Below, piece after piece: positions 33,410-37,911 of a DNA stretch of 37,911 nt. This DNA comes from Malacoraja senta (Eukaryota), in assembly GCA_038087875.1 (NCBI GenBank), contig JAXLNO010000334.1:1-37911 (forward strand), given 5' to 3'. The translations under genes and the position numbers were made by a program. The notes beneath the pieces were generated by a model. The model saw only the letters and a program-made list of their open reading frames with translations. It had not been told where the DNA came from and did not search any database. How positions within the stretch are numbered: the first letter of the stretch is position 1; the number at the start of each line of letters is the position of its first letter.

Positions 33410-33925
33410 ACATGCAGCCAAATACCAGTCAAACTCAATTTACAAGTCCTCAGACAACAGCACCGTAGTGGGGTCGGATATCAACTAATGACAGAAAGCA
33501 GATTGAGAACCTCGTAACCTGGTGCCAAGACACCAGCCTCTCCCTGAAAGTCAGCAAGACAAAGGAGATTGTGATTGGCTTCAGGAAGTGAAGCAGCGGG
33601 GGCACACACCCTGGTAAACATTGATAGTGCTGAAGTAGAGATGGTCGATAGCTTCAAGTTCTTAGAATAACTATCACCAGCAATTTGTCCTGGACCAGCC
33701 ACATCAAAGCTATGCCAAGAAAGCAGAGCAATGCCTCTACTTCCTGAGAAGTAGGAATTTCAACATGCCCCCCCCAACAACCATCATTTAATTCTGCAGG
33801 TGTGCCATAGAAAGCCATAGAAAGCATGTTATCAGGATGCATCACAGCATGGTTTGAGAACAGATCCAATCCAAGATCGCATGAAATTGTAGAGAATTGT
33901 GGACATAGCTCAGACCATCACACAG
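33410..33925 (+). pseudogene. Rex1-type LINE RT fragment
   Basis: IENLVTWCQDTSLSLKVSKTKEIVI, SFKFL, ESMLSGCITAWF motifs. Confidence 0.78.
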
Positions 33926-33954
33926 GCACCCGTGATGAAAACTTGACCATTGCA

Positions 33955-34950
33955 TTTCTTTAAATTTGACCCCTCTCACCTTAAATCTATGTCCTCTGGT
34001 CGTAGTCATAGCTTTGTACAGCAAGGAAATAGGCCCTTCGGCCCAACATGCCCACAGCAACCTAGATGCCCCATCTACATGTCCCACCTGCCCACATATA
34101 GCCCATGGCTCTCAAAACCACTCCCATCCATGAACCTGTACATTTTGTTATAGTACCTGCCTCAGCTACCTCCTCTGGCAGCTCATACCACCACCCTCTG
34201 AACTCACCACCATCTATGTGAAAATGTCGCCCCTCAGGTTCCGATTAAATCTTTCCCCTCTCAGCTTAAACCTTGAACACATCCTCATCCAGATCATTGA
34301 TATAAACCACAAACGTCAATGGGCCCAGCACTCATCCCTGAGGCACACCACTAGTCACATGCCTCCATTCCAAAAACAACCTTCCACCATCACCGTTCCT
34401 TCCATGAAGCCAATTCCCTATCCTGTTAAAGAAGGAACTGCAGATGCTGGAAAATCAAAGGTACACAAAAATGCTGGAGAAACTCAGCGGGTGCAGCAGC
34501 ATCTATGGAGCGAAGGAAACAGGTAACGTTTCGGGCCGAAACCCTTCTTCAGACGTCTGAAGAAGGGTTTTGGCCCGAAACGTTTCCTTCGCTCCATAGA
34601 TGCTGCTGCACCCGCTGAGTTTCTCCAGCATTTTTGTGTACCTTCCCTATCCTGTTGGCTAGCTCACCCTGGATCCCTGGTCTTTGACATTTCCAGCCTG
34701 AGAATAAAGTTCTGACTGTTTACTCTGTTTATGCCTCAAATAAATGTTAAATGCTTCTATCAGGTCTCCCCTCAGCCTCCGGCACTCCAGAAAACAATCA
34801 ATGTTTGTCCAACCTCTCCTTCTGGTTACTACCCTCTAATTGAGGCAACGTTCTGGTAAACCTATTCTGCAGCCTCTCCTAAGCCTCCACATTCTTCCTG
34901 TAAAGGGGTGACTAGAACTGCACACAATACACCAAATACGGCCTAATCAC
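33955..34950 (-). mobile_element. Degraded CR1 3' fragments
   Basis: TRGHRFKVRG, CR1 3' UTR and reverse LVRP..YCVQF-like sequence. Confidence 0.65.
34428..34642. mobile_element. Palindromic dimer of the hammerhead mini-element
   Basis: Minus unit 34428-34554 abuts plus unit 34555-34642 at TCTTCAGAC|GTCTGAAGA; 14-bp TSD TTCCCTATCCTGTT at 34414-34427 and 34643-34656. Confidence 0.92.
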
Positions 34951-34964
34951 TTTGACCTACTGAG

Positions 34965-35765
34965 AGATGGGAGATTGATCACCTTCAATCGGAGTGCTGC
35001 TTCTCCACTGGCAGAGGAGGCACTTTTGCAATGGTAGTGACCGGTCCCCACCCCGTCACGTTGGTGTCAGAGGGCCTCGTGAGTGTGGAGTGATTCCGAC
35101 TGGGATTAACCTTGCTTGGCCTGAATTGCTCATTGGACCCAAGCCCCAGGATCTTTCTGGGCTGCGGGTCCCACAAGGCATGAGCCATCTCTAGGCACTG
35201 GCGTGTGTATCCCCCCGTGAGTGGGGAAACATTTTTCTCTACGGGCTGCTCTTGCACACTCCACATTCTTGCCCTCATTTGCCGTCTGGACACGCCGTGG
35301 CAGTCCGTCTTGCCTCCCCCCCCCCCCACAGTGAGGGGGGCCCCCAATGATGGTCTCTGTACATGCGAGTCCTCCCCCTTTACATTGGGGACCTGGGGTT
35401 GAGAGTGTTGCACAGAGCTTTACTGTGCAACTGCCGTTGAGTCTGTTCATGGACTACTCCTCCGCCTGCTGTTCCTGCGGCCAGGAGCAGCCGCCTCCCA
35501 TGTGTACGTGGGATGTGTGAGGCTGCAACCCCTCTTCGAATACTTCAAGTAGTCAGGAGGTCTCTTGGTCAAACTTGCTGGTGCGCCTGCCATTCATGGG
35601 TCATGGCAACTGGCAGCCAAGGTCTCTACTCAAGCTGACTGCCTGACCCTCTTTCTTGGCTATCACCCATGCCTGGGTGGTACTGGCAAAAGCACTAGAT
35701 GTCCACAGGAATTTTGACCGCTTTCCGGGACTGCTGGGCACCGCGGAGGCTGAAGTGCTTCCTGA
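34965..35765 (+). pseudogene. Degraded Tx1/L1-clade LINE ORF2 C-terminal fragment
   Basis: Remnants like VLPLYIGDLGLRVLHRA and CCSCGQE..HVYVGCVRLQPLFEY resemble the L1/Tx1 CCHC region. Confidence 0.6.
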
Positions 35766-35766
35766 T

Positions 35767-36156
35767 GTGTAGGAAGGAACTGCAGATGCTGGGTTACACC
35801 ATAGATAGAGTCAAAATGCTGGAGTAACTCAGCGGGTCAGGCAGCATCAATTGTGGAAATGAATTCAGTGGGGCAGGAGCAGGCAGAAACATTGGGAATG
35901 CCAAGAAGGTTGTGTTTATGGATTTTGGGGAGAAGATAAAACCTGGGCCATGTGGGGCTGGGGAACGATAAGGTTGGAGGCTGTGGAGGGCAGACAGCCA
36001 AAAGTGATAAAATCAGAAATGGTGGTGAGATTATGTCTTGGTACTCATCTCTGGTTGTCACTCTGAAGAAGGGTCTTGGCCCAAAACATCACCCATTCCT
36101 TCTATTCAGAGATACTGCCTGTCCCGCTGAGTTACTCCAACATTTTGTGCCTATCT
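35767..36156. mobile_element. Penelope RT N-terminal fragment (minus) between two inverted short units
   Basis: RFYLLPKIHK..VSACSCPTEFIS in ORF 35837..36061; minus unit 35767-35848; plus unit 36062-36156. Confidence 0.75.
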
Positions 36157-36517
36157 TAGATAAGAGTAACAATGTTTTGCTTTTATATACTTTTAGTATA
36201 TTCTTTTTATGGATTGACTTCGAAGAGTGTTTTAGTTATCGTTTTGTACCTGTAAATAGACTTACGACAAAATGGCCTCACCAAAGTCCTAAAGGCTGCA
36301 ACATAATTTCCTGACTCTTAGACTTAATGTCCGACTGATGAAAGTATGTCTGATTTACCAATCTATCTACTAGGGTTTCTACTTTCAGGGAGCTGTGGAG
36401 TTGAATATCAACATTGTGATCCAATGACAGTAAGAATATAACCTTTTTAAAAGAATAGATATTTTTAAATTATTAACAAAGTTAACAATATTCCTGTGTA
36501 GAATTGTGTCAAATTTA

Positions 36518-36626
36518 ATGCTGCCTGACCCGCTGGTTTAAACCGAAGATAGACACAAAAAGCTGAACTCAGCATCTCTGGAGAAAAATAATAGGTGACA
36601 TTTCGTGTCGAGACCCTTCTTCAGAC
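36518..36626 (-). mobile_element. Penelope-derived unit (degraded)
   Basis: Ends gagacccttcttcagac. Confidence 0.65.
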
Positions 36627-36769
36627 AATATTCTAAATGAACAAATAGAATTGAGAACTCTTCACCTCAGAATTTCTCTTTGACAGAGAGGAAATTTTAT
36701 TCATTTTCCCCATAACTCTCAAATTAGGCGGGTTCATGCCTTTCGAGCTAGCAGTACAAGAAGCATTAA

Positions 36770-37034
36770 GGGCCTGTCCTACTTGGCGATTTTTTCGGTG
36801 ACTGCCGGCATCATTGACTGACGTGTCAGGCCACTGAAAAAGTCGCGGCGCGATGCAGCGAGATGCGGCGTGATGCGGCGTGATGACGTATTGACGCGCG
36901 ATGTTTCCTCAAGTGTCGCAACATTTTTTTTGTCGCCGCTGGATTTTGAAATGTTCAAAATCTATCGGCGACCCTGATACGTCAGTCAATGATGCCGGCA
37001 GTTGCCGAAAAAAATCTCCAAGTGGGACAGGCCC
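36770..37034. mobile_element. MITE, PIF/Harbinger-like
   Basis: About 60-bp TIRs GGGCCTGTCC(T/C)ACTTGG..GCCGGCATCATTGACTGACGT; flanks TAA and TGA. Confidence 0.85.
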
Positions 37035-37080
37035 TGAACATTATGGAGGAACTGCGCTTGTGGAGTGACATGCAGGAATG

Positions 37081-37214
37081 GTGTAGCAAGGAACTACAGA
37101 TGCAGAGTTTAAATCAAAAATAGACACAAAGTGTTGGTGTAACTCAGCGGGTCAGACAGCATCTCTGGAGAAAAAGAATAGGTGACGGTTTGGGTCGAGA
37201 CCCTTCTTTAGACT
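37081..37214 (-). mobile_element. Penelope-derived hammerhead unit
   Basis: Full unit in reverse with mutated core. Confidence 0.72.
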
Positions 37215-37911
37215 GGATGAAATAAATGCTTGTTATAAGCACTGCTGAGAACACTTTATACTTATTATCATGCACTAAAATTGCATGCACTTCTGCTGGA
37301 TCAATAACACCCTTTGTAGCTGTTGTTGCTTCATCAGATATAATAGCAAATGTCCAGAGGCACTGAGTTAAGAACTGTATCTAATATTGCTGCCGAATCA
37401 TCAATAAAGTAATAGATGCATCAGGATACATTTTGAAGGACGAATATGAAATCTTCCAAATGTATTGAACAAAATGCACAACAATTATTGACAGTCTAGT
37501 TCCATACACCATTTCTGATGAATCAGCTGGCAATTTAGTGAAGGATATTCTTTGAACTTGAATTAAATCTTCTCAGCCATCCCCTGGTGATCCAGAATGA
37601 CTTGCTTTCACACGGATTTGACGGTGTCTGAGTTGATTGTGGCACTAGATAGCACTGGAGATAACTCATAGGATGGTGGGCAGATTGTGAGGTTGCACAC
37701 TCCTTCTGTCTACTCTATGTCATTTTCAACGCTCCCAATCCACTTTGAACGATCATGACTCCAAGTCCATTAGCGATTCCAAATAGAAACGTATCAAATA
37801 ATTAGAATTACCCTTGATATAACATAGCCTGTCTCAACATCTTCGCAAATAATACTCTGAACATTGTGAATCCTATTGGGGAGCAAATATATGATATGAA
37901 AAATTGTAATT

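Overview
Eukaryotic, repeat-saturated DNA, most likely intronic or intergenic sequence from a cartilaginous fish such as a skate or ray. The taxon is inferred from HE1/V-SINE-like SINEs and CR1 (HER1-like) LINE tails. I found no supportable host exon; almost every ORF in the track is a transposon fragment or an antisense/low-complexity artefact. Contents: a near full-length but disrupted CR1 LINE (zinc-finger/SGNH-esterase ORF1, APE-RT ORF2), many CR1 fragments, Penelope-like elements (RT + GIY-YIG), about 20 short hammerhead-bearing Penelope-derived units, Rex1-type, Tx1-type and older LINE fragments, V-SINEs, five PIF/Harbinger-like MITEs and one very young Ty3/Gypsy LTR element. Three observations stand out. 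(1) The Gypsy element has identical LTRs and a 5-bp TSD but no gag or protease. In their place is a reverse-transcribed copy of the 3' half of mature tRNA-Leu(CAA), with CCA, a mismatch at position 58 (m1A58) and an end at position 38. This insert forms a fold-back and supplies an in-frame start for an intact 973-aa RT-RNaseH-integrase ORF. (2) A 140-bp TSD-flanked SINE-like element begins with a 54-nt minimal HDV/CPEB3-like ribozyme fold. (3) A ~126-bp hammerhead mini-element inserts with its own long TSDs, singly or as head-to-head palindromes. Family names come from motif recognition, not database searches, and the boundaries of degraded fragments are approximate.
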